A DNA stretch of 64,000 nucleotides from Nitrosopumilus sp. GTDB lineage: Archaea; Thermoproteota; Nitrososphaeria; Nitrososphaerales; Nitrosopumilaceae. The translations under genes and the position numbers were made by a program. The stretch lies in assembly GCA_965207445.1 (NCBI GenBank), contig CBDBLX010000002.1, forward strand, positions 384,001 to 448,000, in the 5' to 3' direction. Shown here one piece after another: positions 33,599 to 44,117 of the stretch (the stretch's first letter is position 1; every line of letters starts with the position of its first letter). The notes below the pieces were generated by a model. The model did not search any database. It saw only the letters and a list, made by a program, of their open reading frames with translations, and was not told where the DNA came from.

Positions 33599-34935
33599 TG
33601 CGTATCATACCACAAAGAGATGCAGAATCTGCTGACTCATTTGCAAAACGCATAGATGCGCATGCTCAAAAGAGCCGTATTGAATCAACTCGTGACGTAT
33701 CTCGTATAATCAAAAATGTCAAAGAAAATGGCGATAGTGCCATTTACAAGTATGAAAAAAAATTTGATGGAATAAAAAAATCTAATGTGCCACTCCGTCT
33801 GTCTCATAATGATATCAAAGCCGCATATGATGCAATATCTAACGCGCAATACACGTCATTGAAAAATACCGCAAATCGTATGGCAAAAACTGAAACATCT
33901 ACATTAAAGATAATTCACAAAGATATTACAATAAAATATCATAAAAATAAAACACATGGTAATGCTCACATTACACGAAAGTTTGTACCGTTGTCTAGTG
34001 TCGGATGCTACATACCTGGTGGACTCGCACGATACCCATCATCTGCTATAATGTCTATCATACCTGCCGCAGTGGCTGGTGTTCCTAGAATTGTTGCAGT
34101 GTCACCAGTATCTTATACGGGTGAGATAGATCCCTTGACCATAGTAGCAGCTGACATGTGTGGTGCTACTGAGATATATCGTGTTGGAGGCGCTCATGCA
34201 ATAGCTGCTCTTGCATATGGCACCTCGTCAATTGCACGTGTAAATAAGATTGTGGGACCTGGTGGCTCTTTTGTTACATCTGCAAAATCTGCTGTTTCAT
34301 CAGTTGTCGGCGTAGATATGATTGCAGGTCCAACTGAACTTGGAATTATTGCTGACTCTAACACATCTGCCAAATTGGTAGCATTGGATTTGATATCTCA
34401 ATCAGAGCATAGTGCCGATACGCAGTGTTATGTAATTACACAATCGAAAAAACTTGCACGTGATGTTTCACGTATACTAGATCGCATAACTGCAACAACA
34501 CCACCACCACCACAACAACAACTACCGCGCTCAAAAATAGTAAAGAAGAGCCTTGCCAAAAATGGTTTTTTTGCACTTGTCAAAAACTCTGAATCTGCAA
34601 TCACAGTAGCAAATCAATTGGCCTCTGAGCACTTGCAGATAATGACTAAAAACCCTATGCGTATGGCAGAGTCAATAACTACTCCTGGTATGATTTTGTG
34701 TGGCATGCAATCTCCGTCTGCTGCAAGTGACTATACACTTGGGTCTAATCATGTTCTACCTACTAATCGTCAAGGTAGGATCAGGGGTTCACTATCTGTA
34801 TTTGATTTTGTAAAGATGCTCACACTAGTAGAGTCTTCTCGTGATGTGCTGTGTGATATACAAAATGATATGAAGATACTCACTGATGCAGAAGGGTTGC
34901 CTAATCACTATGAGGCTGTTCGCAGCAGGTTGTAA
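33598..34935 (+). CDS. hisD: Histidinol dehydrogenase
   Basis: GCYIPGG, KIVGPG, DMIAGPTE, SQSEH, ASEHL, GSNHVLPT. Confidence 0.96.
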   Translation: MRIIPQRDAESADSFAKRIDAHAQKSRIESTRDVSRIIKNVKENGDSAIYKYEKKFDGIKKSNVPLRLSHNDIKAAYDAISNAQYTSLKNTANRMAKTETSTLKIIHKDITIKYHKNKTHGNAHITRKFVPLSSVGCYIPGGLARYPSSAIMSIIPAAVAGVPRIVAVSPVSYTGEIDPLTIVAADMCGATEIYRVGGAHAIAALAYGTSSIARVNKIVGPGGSFVTSAKSAVSSVVGVDMIAGPTELGIIADSNTSAKLVALDLISQSEHSADTQCYVITQSKKLARDVSRILDRITATTPPPPQQQLPRSKIVKKSLAKNGFFALVKNSESAITVANQLASEHLQIMTKNPMRMAESITTPGMILCGMQSPSAASDYTLGSNHVLPTNRQGRIRGSLSVFDFVKMLTLVESSRDVLCDIQNDMKILTDAEGLPNHYEAVRSRL

Positions 34936-34977
34936 ATAGGCCAAAAACAACATAATAGCGTAAAGTTTGGGGTAAGC

Positions 34978-36186
34978 ATGGGTAAATTTGAGTCACAACG
35001 TAATGTGAAAAGATATGATGACAAAAATGATGGCCATAATAGTGGCCACAATGATGGCCACAATGATATTAATAATAATAATAGTAACAATACTAGTAAA
35101 AAATATGCTTGGGTCAATGAGCGCATAAAAACTCTATCAAAGATAGGTGGTTATCAAAAGCCTCCTATTCTTGAGGGTGCGTTAAAACTTGACTCTAATG
35201 AGAATTATGCCATCCCGAAACAGTTTCAATCAGATATCATAATAACTGCTCGTAAGGGTGCTGATGTTCGTGAATATCCACTTGGTGGCACAGACAGACT
35301 AGTATCTGCGATATCTCATGCAATCAAAATTCCTGCATCTATGATTTCAGTGGGCAATGGCTCTGATCAGATTCTGGACCTGTTGCTTGGGCATCTAATA
35401 CATACGCGTAACAAAAAAAATACCATGCGAATATTAACATCTGATCCTACATTTGGTTTTTTTGAGGATCGTTGTAGACTTTATGGCATTCCGCTTTTAC
35501 AAGTGCCATTTGAGGATGATATGAAGTTAAACGTATCTGAATTTATTGATTCTGCGAGTAATGCTGATGTCCTATATTTGGACTCGCCAAATAACCCTAC
35601 AGGTTTTCAGTTCTCAAAGTCTGATATGCAGAGTATAATCAAAAACTTTGATCATGGACTAGTTATAATAGATGAGGCATATGGTGAATTTGGAAACTAT
35701 AGCGTATCTGCCATGACACGCAGACACAAGAATTTGATAGTGGTGCGTACATTATCAAAGTCATTTGGGCTTGCAGGACTCAGATTGGGGTACATGATTG
35801 CAGACAATAGCATATCTGCTGTGTTTACTAGTGTGATGCAATACCCGTATCCACTTAGTACAATTACCATAGAGTCTGGTATAGACGCAGTAAAGCGCTC
35901 ATCGGAGATACATGATATGGCAAAAATGATCAAGGCAGAGCGCACTCGTATTATATCTACACTCAAAAGTTATGATGCATTTGAGGTTTTTGAGTCAAAT
36001 GCCAACTTTGTCTTGTTTGATGCACGCGGCTCATACAAGCGAATACACTCTGCTCTTGCAGAACAGGGCATATCGATAAGACGTATAGGAAGTGTGGGTA
36101 GATACAATGGATGTTTACGTGTAACTGTGGGTACACGTGAAATGAACTCTAGATTTTTACTTGCAATACGGGACTTGCTTGGGTGA
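34978..36186 (+). CDS. hisC: Histidinol-phosphate aminotransferase
   Basis: LDSNEN, GNGSD, SPNNPTG, DEAY, RTLSKSFGLAGLRLG. Confidence 0.95.
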   Translation: MGKFESQRNVKRYDDKNDGHNSGHNDGHNDINNNNSNNTSKKYAWVNERIKTLSKIGGYQKPPILEGALKLDSNENYAIPKQFQSDIIITARKGADVREYPLGGTDRLVSAISHAIKIPASMISVGNGSDQILDLLLGHLIHTRNKKNTMRILTSDPTFGFFEDRCRLYGIPLLQVPFEDDMKLNVSEFIDSASNADVLYLDSPNNPTGFQFSKSDMQSIIKNFDHGLVIIDEAYGEFGNYSVSAMTRRHKNLIVVRTLSKSFGLAGLRLGYMIADNSISAVFTSVMQYPYPLSTITIESGIDAVKRSSEIHDMAKMIKAERTRIISTLKSYDAFEVFESNANFVLFDARGSYKRIHSALAEQGISIRRIGSVGRYNGCLRVTVGTREMNSRFLLAIRDLLG

Positions 36187-36192
36187 GTTATA

Positions 36193-37419
36193 ATGTTGTA
36201 CACTGACTCGAATGAAATACAAAAAATGTCACCAAATAAACTCATTGATAATATTTCGACAAAAGATGTAGATTGCATCATATTTGATTGTGATGGTGTA
36301 TTGGTGGATGTCTCTGACTCTTACTATGCTACTATAAAGGAAACTGTCTCTTTCGTGTTGCATATGGTAATGCCATCTGTTTTATTTAACAAAGATGACC
36401 TTGTTAACCATCAAATAATTGAAAAGTTCAAAGATACTGGGAGGTATAATGATGAGATTGATCTCTCGTGTGCCATTATAATTGGCGCTGTAATTGCTGC
36501 AAAGACTGTACGTAATACTGGTGATAATACTGTTGTTGATGGTATGACTAGTGTAACTACTGCTATGACGGCTGGTAATGATACTGATAATGATACTGAT
36601 AATGATACTGGTAATGATACTGGTAATGATGCCAATAACACCACTGATAATCATATAGATGATGATGATGATAATGATACATCTGACATTATATCACACT
36701 ATGTCCCTATCATTGATGATATAATATCTAATTCTGCGCATGGTGGAATCAATTCTGTCATATCATATGCATTGAATATAGCAGATGTATCTGATGTCAT
36801 TACATATATGGAACATCCGTCTGATAATCGAGATGGCAAATTATGTAAAATATTTGATCAAATATTTTTTGGCTCTGACTTGTACAAAAAGATGCGCAAA
36901 CGAGATCCTGAAATTATCACACATAATGCTATGATAAACAACGATCATGTGATAATGACTCCTCAAGTACTGCGTATATTGTATAATCAATTTAATGGGC
37001 ATATTGCCATGGTGACGGGCAGGGGTATTGACTCTGCACGATATACATTAGGCTCTTTATTTGACATTTTTGATATTGAGAATTCTGCGTTTTTAGAAGA
37101 TGAGCCTCGTGTGTATGCAAAACCAAACCCGGCAAAGTTAGCCGAGTGTATGCAGGGTATGGGATGCAAAAACGCCATATATGTTGGTGACTCAATAGAG
37201 GATGCAATAATGTCACGTATGCTATCTGATGCTACTACTCTAAATCACGATCAAGATGCACATGATGATACATCTCTTGACAAAACTGTGATGTTTTGTG
37301 GCATCACTGGCACTAGCAGTAATCCTGTTCAACGTCATAACATGTTGTTGCACAAGGGCGCCAGCATGATCTTGGATTCAGTACTTGATATTCCAAAGGC
37401 ATTAAATTTAGTGAAATGA
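36193..37419 (+). CDS. HAD-superfamily phosphatase, candidate histidinol-phosphatase
   Basis: DCDGV, VTGR, KPNP, YVGDSIED; lies between hisC and hisB. Confidence 0.85.
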   Translation: MLYTDSNEIQKMSPNKLIDNISTKDVDCIIFDCDGVLVDVSDSYYATIKETVSFVLHMVMPSVLFNKDDLVNHQIIEKFKDTGRYNDEIDLSCAIIIGAVIAAKTVRNTGDNTVVDGMTSVTTAMTAGNDTDNDTDNDTGNDTGNDANNTTDNHIDDDDDNDTSDIISHYVPIIDDIISNSAHGGINSVISYALNIADVSDVITYMEHPSDNRDGKLCKIFDQIFFGSDLYKKMRKRDPEIITHNAMINNDHVIMTPQVLRILYNQFNGHIAMVTGRGIDSARYTLGSLFDIFDIENSAFLEDEPRVYAKPNPAKLAECMQGMGCKNAIYVGDSIEDAIMSRMLSDATTLNHDQDAHDDTSLDKTVMFCGITGTSSNPVQRHNMLLHKGASMILDSVLDIPKALNLVK

Positions 37420-37431
37420 TGTGTAATTCGT

Positions 37432-38052
37432 ATGACGACTGGCAATACTACAATTGACAAAAAAAGAGATGCAACTGTAAATCGTACCACCAAAGAGACT
37501 GACGTATCTGTGTATGTTGATCTGGATGGTGTAGGTAAATCTGACGTTAATACGGGATTGCACTTTCTTGATCACTTGTTAGCATCATTTGCCAAGCATT
37601 CAATGATTAATGTACGAATCAAATCCAAATCACTTGATAATATAAAACATCATTTGATCGAAGATACTGCTATAACTGTAGGTAGTGCAATTGACTGCGC
37701 GCTAAATACCCGAGATGGGATTGTACGGTTCGGCCACGCCTCTGTGCCACTTGATGAGTCGCTTGCAACAACTACAGTTGATCTAGTGAGACGACCGTAT
37801 GTGCGTGTGTCTCTATCTTTGAATCCTAAAAGTCAAGATATTGAGGATATGCCTACGGAGGACGTAGAACATTTTTTCCAATCATTGTTGTATAATATTG
37901 CAGCTTGTATACACCTTGATGTTAAATATGGTCAAAATGATCACCACAAGGCAGAAGCTGCCATCAAATCAATTGCTGTTGCTTTACGTAGCGCACTTGA
38001 GATTGATCCGAGGCGAGCAGGAGAATCTCCTAGTACAAAGGGTCTGTTGTAA
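37432..38052 (+). CDS. hisB: Imidazoleglycerol-phosphate dehydratase
   Basis: [31 protein letters not shown]. Confidence 0.96.
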   Translation: MTTGNTTIDKKRDATVNRTTKETDVSVYVDLDGVGKSDVNTGLHFLDHLLASFAKHSMINVRIKSKSLDNIKHHLIEDTAITVGSAIDCALNTRDGIVRFGHASVPLDESLATTTVDLVRRPYVRVSLSLNPKSQDIEDMPTEDVEHFFQSLLYNIAACIHLDVKYGQNDHHKAEAAIKSIAVALRSALEIDPRRAGESPSTKGLL

Positions 38053-38727
38053 ATGACAAAGATAGCGATATTTGATTATGGTGCAGGTAACATATTTAGT
38101 CTTAAAAATTCACTTCAACGACAAGGCGCCAGTGTTGATGTTATACGTGACTTTACGTATGATAGTAATGATAATGATAACACTAACAATTATGATGATA
38201 CAAGTGTCACATACGAGCGCAGTGTAAAAAAATTTGATGGTCTCTTGTTGCCTGGTGTTGGAAATTTTGATCCCGCCATGAATGCTATATCTAGGGATGA
38301 CTTGATCAAATATGTAGATGATACCATACCTGTTTTTGGAATATGCTTAGGTATGGAGATGTTCTTTGCCAAGAGTCAGGAAGGGACGCAACGAGGCCTC
38401 TGCATACTTGATGGTGAGGTCGTATCACTACCTGATACGATCAAAGTACCGCACATGGGATGGAACAACCTCCACATACGAAGAGATGATAGTCAACTAC
38501 TTGATGGCATAAATGATGATTCTTGGGTATACTTTGTACACTCGTATATGGCAAAACCACTAGTACCCTCTAGTAATATAATCACTTCTGAGTCTGATTA
38601 CAATGGTATCTCGATTCCTGCATCCATTGAGTACAAAAACTATTTTGGTACACAATTTCACCCAGAAAAATCTGGACTCGTTGGACGTCAAATGATAAGT
38701 AACTTTCTAAAGGTGTGCCGCAGATGA
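38053..38727 (+). CDS. hisH: IGP synthase glutaminase subunit
   Basis: DYGAGN, PGVG, GICLG, VPHMGWN, YFVHSY, QFHPEKS. Confidence 0.96.
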   Translation: MTKIAIFDYGAGNIFSLKNSLQRQGASVDVIRDFTYDSNDNDNTNNYDDTSVTYERSVKKFDGLLLPGVGNFDPAMNAISRDDLIKYVDDTIPVFGICLGMEMFFAKSQEGTQRGLCILDGEVVSLPDTIKVPHMGWNNLHIRRDDSQLLDGINDDSWVYFVHSYMAKPLVPSSNIITSESDYNGISIPASIEYKNYFGTQFHPEKSGLVGRQMISNFLKVCRR

Positions 38728-39521
38728 TAAATGGCACCCGGGTCATACCTGCTGTTGATATTATGGATGGTATGGTCGTGCGTCTTTACAAAGGGGATCC
38801 AAATCAAAAGACCATATATGGTGACGATCCTGTTGCAATGGCACTGCAGTGGCAAGAGCGTGGAGCTGATATGTTGCATGTAGTGGACTTGGATGCAACA
38901 CTAGGTTCTGGCTCTAATTACAATGTGGTGAAAGATATAGCTAGTGCAGTATCTATACCTGTTCAGATAGCCGGTGGGTTGCGCTCTGTTCAATCTGCCA
39001 TTGATGCGGCAAGTATTGCTGACCGAATAGTGATAGGAACGTTAGCATTTACTGATAGAGATTCGCTTTTACATATTGCAGATGAAATCGGCTCTAGTCG
39101 CATTGTCGTTTCTGCTGATCATTATGATGGTGATATAGTGATATGTGGATGGCAAGACTCTACTGGAATTACAATGCGTAATGAGGTGGAGGCTTTGCAT
39201 CGTGATGCAAAAATTAGCGAGTTTTTGATAACTCATGTGGGTACAGATGGTACATTGCAGGGACCTGATACTAAATATTTGCAGCAAGCATGCGACATAT
39301 CTGAGAAACTAAACATTATTGCAAGTGGTGGTATATCACGTGTTGATGATGTGCGTTTGGTGAGTAGTGTTGGAGCTTGGGGAATAATATTAGGTCGTGC
39401 CTTGTATGATAACAAAATTACAATACATGATGCCAAAAAAATGTTGCATACACATGATTGCATACTAGATGACCAAAAAAAAATGCTCGCTCGAGAGTAT
39501 GATACTAATAATGGAGTCTGA
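38724..39521 (+). CDS. hisA: ProFAR isomerase
   Basis: VIPAVD, VVRLYKG, LHVVDLD, DGTLQG, IASGG, GRALY. Confidence 0.95.
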   Translation: MINGTRVIPAVDIMDGMVVRLYKGDPNQKTIYGDDPVAMALQWQERGADMLHVVDLDATLGSGSNYNVVKDIASAVSIPVQIAGGLRSVQSAIDAASIADRIVIGTLAFTDRDSLLHIADEIGSSRIVVSADHYDGDIVICGWQDSTGITMRNEVEALHRDAKISEFLITHVGTDGTLQGPDTKYLQQACDISEKLNIIASGGISRVDDVRLVSSVGAWGIILGRALYDNKITIHDAKKMLHTHDCILDDQKKMLAREYDTNNGV

Positions 39522-39530
39522 TGTGTTGTA

Positions 39531-40508
39531 ATGGCCCTTACAAAACGGATAATACCGTGTCTTGATGTGAAAGGTGGCAGAGTTGTCAAAGGTACTAGAT
39601 TTGTTCAGATAAAAGACGCAGGTGATCCTGTAAATTTGGCAAAACAGTACAGTGATCAGGGTGCAGATGAGTTGGTATTTTTGGATATCACTGCTTCTGC
39701 TGAACGACGAGAGACCATCAAGGAACTGGTACGTGGGGTGGCATCTGTGATTGATATACCATTTACTGTTGGCGGTGGTGTGGCATCGATGCAGGATGCT
39801 CGCAATATATTGTTGAGTGGCGCAGATAAGGTTGGTATCAATACTGGGGCCATAAACAATCCTACTGTAATTACTGATATGATGAATCTATTTGGGCGAC
39901 AGTGCGTTGTGGTGGCAATAGATGCAAGGCGCAACTATACTGTACCTGAAAACACTTCTGGCTCTTTGCATGATGTTGTGTTGTTTGAGGAGGACAATGG
40001 TCGTGTTATTGATAATTGTGATGATACTCGTGACTATACTCGTGACTATACTCGTGATAATTGTGATCCAAAATTTAATACCATATATGATAACCACAGC
40101 AACAATACTAACAACAATACTAGCAACAATACTAACAACAATGATACCCACAAATCATTCTGGTTTGAGGTCCATACTTATGGTGGCAAAAAAGGTACTG
40201 GAATTGATGCCATACAATGGGCAAAAGAGGCACAGCGACGTGGTGCGGGAGAGATACTACTCACTAGTATGGACCGTGATGGAACAAAAGACGGTTATGA
40301 CGCTATACTAACAAAGGCAGTCGTGGATGCAGTATCTATACCTGTTATTGCATCCGGTGGCTGTGGACACCCTCTTGATATGGCAAAGATATTTGAGGCA
40401 ACTGATGTGGATGCTGCACTTGCTGCATCAATATTTCATTATCAAGAACACGGTGTTGCTGGCGTCAAGAAAATATTACAAGAAAAGGGCATCCCTGTAA
40501 GATTATAA
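39531..40508 (+). CDS. hisF: IGP synthase cyclase subunit with low-complexity insertion
   Basis: [39 protein letters not shown]. Confidence 0.96.
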   Translation: MALTKRIIPCLDVKGGRVVKGTRFVQIKDAGDPVNLAKQYSDQGADELVFLDITASAERRETIKELVRGVASVIDIPFTVGGGVASMQDARNILLSGADKVGINTGAINNPTVITDMMNLFGRQCVVVAIDARRNYTVPENTSGSLHDVVLFEEDNGRVIDNCDDTRDYTRDYTRDNCDPKFNTIYDNHSNNTNNNTSNNTNNNDTHKSFWFEVHTYGGKKGTGIDAIQWAKEAQRRGAGEILLTSMDRDGTKDGYDAILTKAVVDAVSIPVIASGGCGHPLDMAKIFEATDVDAALAASIFHYQEHGVAGVKKILQEKGIPVRL

Positions 40509-40532
40509 ATCTGTTTTGACAAGTAATACTGA

Positions 40533-40868
40533 TTGACAGACTGCAATATTGATGATATCGATTTTGATAAAGGAGGTGGGTTAGTTCCAGTTATTGTGCA
40601 GGATGCAGAAACTAAAGATGTGTTGACACTTGCATATGCGAATCGCGAATCATTAAATCTGGCAATCAAAACTGGCAAGTCTTGGTTTTTTAGCAGATCG
40701 CGTAAAAAACTATGGATGAAGGGTGAAGAGTCAGGCAATGTTCAAAACATAAAGGAGATTATAGTTGATTGTGATTTTGATGCAATTATATATTCTGTCA
40801 CACCTACGGGACCTGCATGTCATATGGGTGAGCGTACATGTTTTCATAACATGTTGAATAAAATGTAA
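40533..40868 (+). CDS. hisI: Phosphoribosyl-AMP cyclohydrolase
   Basis: SRSRKKLWMKGEESG, DCDFD, GPACHMGERTCF; no HisE domain. Confidence 0.95.
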   Translation: MTDCNIDDIDFDKGGGLVPVIVQDAETKDVLTLAYANRESLNLAIKTGKSWFFSRSRKKLWMKGEESGNVQNIKEIIVDCDFDAIIYSVTPTGPACHMGERTCFHNMLNKM

Positions 40869-41082
40869 TTGCCACTTGCATGTTAAATGTGATAAACAAG
40901 TGTACAAATTTTTTTAACAGTTTGATAATTATATGATTATAAATAACTATAATTAACATCGTGTGCATATTTTACAAAATGTTTAAAATTACACAATATG
41001 CATTCAGTGTATTTTATGTGTAAAAGAGTTTGAAAAAATTGCTTGCATGATGTATGGGCATTGAGAATGGTTCTTACTACTA

Positions 41083-41637
41083 CTAGGGTGGTGGTGGTCC
41101 TTGCACTGTTATCATGTTCGGATCATTTGTCTGCTCTTGCTCCTCTTGTTCTATATCATTGGGATCTCTCAAGTCGACAATATTTTTTTCCGCACCTGGT
41201 ATAAATTCATCTATTATATTAAAATATATCGCATTATTATTAACACCTTCAAACCACATCGTCCACGTTCCGATCAATTGATCTTTTGTGTAAATGCCCT
41301 TGTTACTGCTCGTATCTGGTGTAAAGTAAAATTTAACTATTTCTCGTTCTATTCCGTTATAATATTTTTCAAGAATTATTTTACCTTCTGGACTAGCTAC
41401 TCTGATTAATGCCTGTTGGTCCGGTGCCAATGTTCCTACAAAAAATACCGTTTCACCAAGTTTGTACGTGTCCTTGTTAATCCCAAATGTTCCTTGGACA
41501 TTCTGGATCTCTTTCACCACATTATCGTTACTATTACTATCGTCATCATCCATCGTCACCACATTGTAAAATATCATCACACCTACAATAATTATTGCAG
41601 CACCCACAATGCCGCCAAATATTGACTTTTTATCCAT
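41083..41637 (-). CDS. Membrane-anchored hypothetical protein
   Basis: N-terminal TM helix followed by a beta-rich domain (INKDTYKLGETVF). Confidence 0.75.
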   Translation of the reverse strand: MDKKSIFGGIVGAAIIIVGVMIFYNVVTMDDDDSNSNDNVVKEIQNVQGTFGINKDTYKLGETVFFVGTLAPDQQALIRVASPEGKIILEKYYNGIEREIVKFYFTPDTSSNKGIYTKDQLIGTWTMWFEGVNNNAIYFNIIDEFIPGAEKNIVDLRDPNDIEQEEQEQTNDPNMITVQGPPPP

Positions 41638-41745
41638 TTATGACTAGTTCTAACTTTATCTTATATGCGTTGAGAAATAGGGCATTTTGAGTGTTTCCTA
41701 CTAAACCCTTAAATAGAATTCACAATCCACGAGATCTAATTACTC

Positions 41746-42009
41746 ATGAAAGGTATCATACTTGGTGTGTTCTTAGGATTTGCAGCATTAGCTCTTCTTC
41801 CCATACTAAACATTGCATTTGCAGCTGGAGACGAGCCTGGTGAATACCTTGACCGTCGTGTACTTATCTGGAACTTGTTCTTTAGAATGATGACTGTTGC
41901 TTTTACTGTTGGTGCTGTTGTGTCTGGCACTATAATATGGCAAGTGTGGCGTTTCCGAGAATCTCATCCAAAGGCCAAGCCTACACCATACGAGGGGACT
42001 GATTGGTAA
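41746..42009 (+). CDS. Small membrane protein resembling the TM part of heme-copper oxidase subunit II
   Basis: Leader plus TM helix ending WRFRESH; stop overlaps the coxB start. Confidence 0.75.
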   Translation: MKGIILGVFLGFAALALLPILNIAFAAGDEPGEYLDRRVLIWNLFFRMMTVAFTVGAVVSGTIIWQVWRFRESHPKAKPTPYEGTDW

Positions 42010-42449
42010 TGGGACTTGGAGGACACCACTCAAATTGGCCAGAATGGATTTACATTGGAATCGTAGTTGCCCTAATGACATGGGTAGGGGCAGAGGCCTG
42101 GGAGGTAGAACGACTTATTGAACATGTCCCTGCTGATGCAGAGATCATCAAGGTGACAGGACAGCAATGGTTCTGGACATTTGATCATGAGGATGGTACA
42201 CGAGAGATAGGTGAGTTGCATCTAGAGGCAGGAAAAGCCTACAAATTTGAGGTCGTTGCAACTGATGTTTCACATTCATTTAACATACATGATTATGTGG
42301 TTTTAATAGATGCAATACCTGGTCGTGTAAACACTGTGTGGTTTGCGCCTACTGAGGCAGGAGTTCATGATATACAGTGTCGTGAGTATTGTGGCTTGAT
42401 ACATTATAATATGCGTGGTACGCTATACGTACAGGAGCCATCGTCTTGA
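42009..42449 (+). CDS. coxB: Heme-copper oxidase subunit II (CuA)
   Basis: GQQWFW, DVSHSF, CREYCGLIHYNM. Confidence 0.94.
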   Translation: MGLGGHHSNWPEWIYIGIVVALMTWVGAEAWEVERLIEHVPADAEIIKVTGQQWFWTFDHEDGTREIGELHLEAGKAYKFEVVATDVSHSFNIHDYVVLIDAIPGRVNTVWFAPTEAGVHDIQCREYCGLIHYNMRGTLYVQEPSS

Positions 42450-42582
42450 TCACGCTTTTATCTCAATCTGTACTCGTTGTTGTTGTTGAAGTACACTTGA
42501 TGCTAACTTCAAATACGCTCATAAAAACAACAACAACAACAACAACAATAACAACAAAAGATAGAGGAGAGGTTATAGTATA

Positions 42583-44109
42583 ATGGTACTAGAACTACAA
42601 AAACCACGCCCTATATGGCAGATAATGTTCTCTACTCATCACACTGATGTCGGACTGTTGTATCTGATCATGTCACTTGGCTTTTTGTTCTTGGGTGGTG
42701 CACTTGCACTTGCGATCAGAGTAGAGTTATTCTTACCAGGCGCACAAGTGATCGGTGACGCAATGACGTTTAATCGAATATTTACAGTACATGGCACAAC
42801 TCTGATATTTCTATTCATTATACCGTTTGCATCTGCTGTTGGCAACTATTTTGTACCCATAATGGTTAGATACAAGGACATGGCATATCCAAAACTCAAT
42901 GCTATTGCATTTTGGATGATACCTCCATCTGGTGCCTTGATATGGCTAGGATTTGCAGATTTTACTTGGTATGCTACTCCACCATACTCGATAATTAGTG
43001 CGCCTGGTCCTGCTGCTGATATGTGGATATTTGGTCTAAAAATTTTGGGTATATCATCAGTACTTGGCGCCATCAACTTTGTTGTGACTATACTAAAGTG
43101 TAAACACCCTGACATGTCAATAGGACAAGTTCCCCTACTTGCATGGTCATTTTTATCATCATCATTGATTATACTAGTTGCAATTCCAACATTTGCAGCA
43201 GCATTATTGATGTTGCTAACTGACAGGTTGGGTGTGAGTGGTTTCTTTAATCCTGCACTAGGCGGTGATCCGATTGCGTATGCTCATCTGTTCTGGTTTA
43301 CCTTTCACCCTGAGGTCTATGTGTTGGTAATTCCTGCAATAGGAATGATGTATGAGATTATACCGCGTTTTTCACGCAGACCGATATACAGCTATAGTTC
43401 TGGAGTCTTTGCATTTGTGTTATTGTCTATAGTTGGATTTTCATCTTGGGCGCACCACATGTATGCAACTGGTATGTCATTTACAGAAAAGACTGTATTT
43501 ATGGTAGGAACACTTGCCGCTGTTCCTGCATCTGCAATGCATGTCTTTAACTTTATTGCCACAATGTGGAATGGACGCATCCGATTCTCTACGCCAATGA
43601 TGTGGGCAGTGGGAGGTATTGCACTGTTCTTCTCAGCAGGTGCAGGTGGTGTTGTGAATAGCGCAATGCCACTTGACTTTACCACACATGATACGTACTG
43701 GGTCGTAGGACACTTTCACCTGTTTGTGATGGGCACAATTGCATTTGGTTCAATTGGCTATCTATACTATATGTTCCCATATGTGACTGGACGTATGTAC
43801 AGTGAGACTATGGGAAAGATTCACTTTATAATGTCATTTATTGGAACTATTTTGGTATTCTTTACACAACATATACTTGGCTTGTACGGCATGCCACGTC
43901 GTATATTTGACTATCCACCAATACCTGAGTGGATTGCAATGAATCAGATTGCATCTATTGGTGCCATGATTATTGGCGTTAGTATGGTGATATTCTTGGT
44001 TAACATGATACATAGTTCTGCCAAGGGTGAGCCTGCAAATACTGATGATCCATTTGGCGTTGGAGGCAAGTACTATTATCCATTTGAGGCAAAGAACCCA
44101 TCGCACTAG
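42583..44109 (+). CDS. coxA: Heme-copper oxidase subunit I
   Basis: TVHG, FHPEVY, WAHH, HDTYWVVGHFH, GMPRR. Confidence 0.97.
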   Translation: MVLELQKPRPIWQIMFSTHHTDVGLLYLIMSLGFLFLGGALALAIRVELFLPGAQVIGDAMTFNRIFTVHGTTLIFLFIIPFASAVGNYFVPIMVRYKDMAYPKLNAIAFWMIPPSGALIWLGFADFTWYATPPYSIISAPGPAADMWIFGLKILGISSVLGAINFVVTILKCKHPDMSIGQVPLLAWSFLSSSLIILVAIPTFAAALLMLLTDRLGVSGFFNPALGGDPIAYAHLFWFTFHPEVYVLVIPAIGMMYEIIPRFSRRPIYSYSSGVFAFVLLSIVGFSSWAHHMYATGMSFTEKTVFMVGTLAAVPASAMHVFNFIATMWNGRIRFSTPMMWAVGGIALFFSAGAGGVVNSAMPLDFTTHDTYWVVGHFHLFVMGTIAFGSIGYLYYMFPYVTGRMYSETMGKIHFIMSFIGTILVFFTQHILGLYGMPRRIFDYPPIPEWIAMNQIASIGAMIIGVSMVIFLVNMIHSSAKGEPANTDDPFGVGGKYYYPFEAKNPSH

Positions 44110-44117
44110 GAGAAGAG

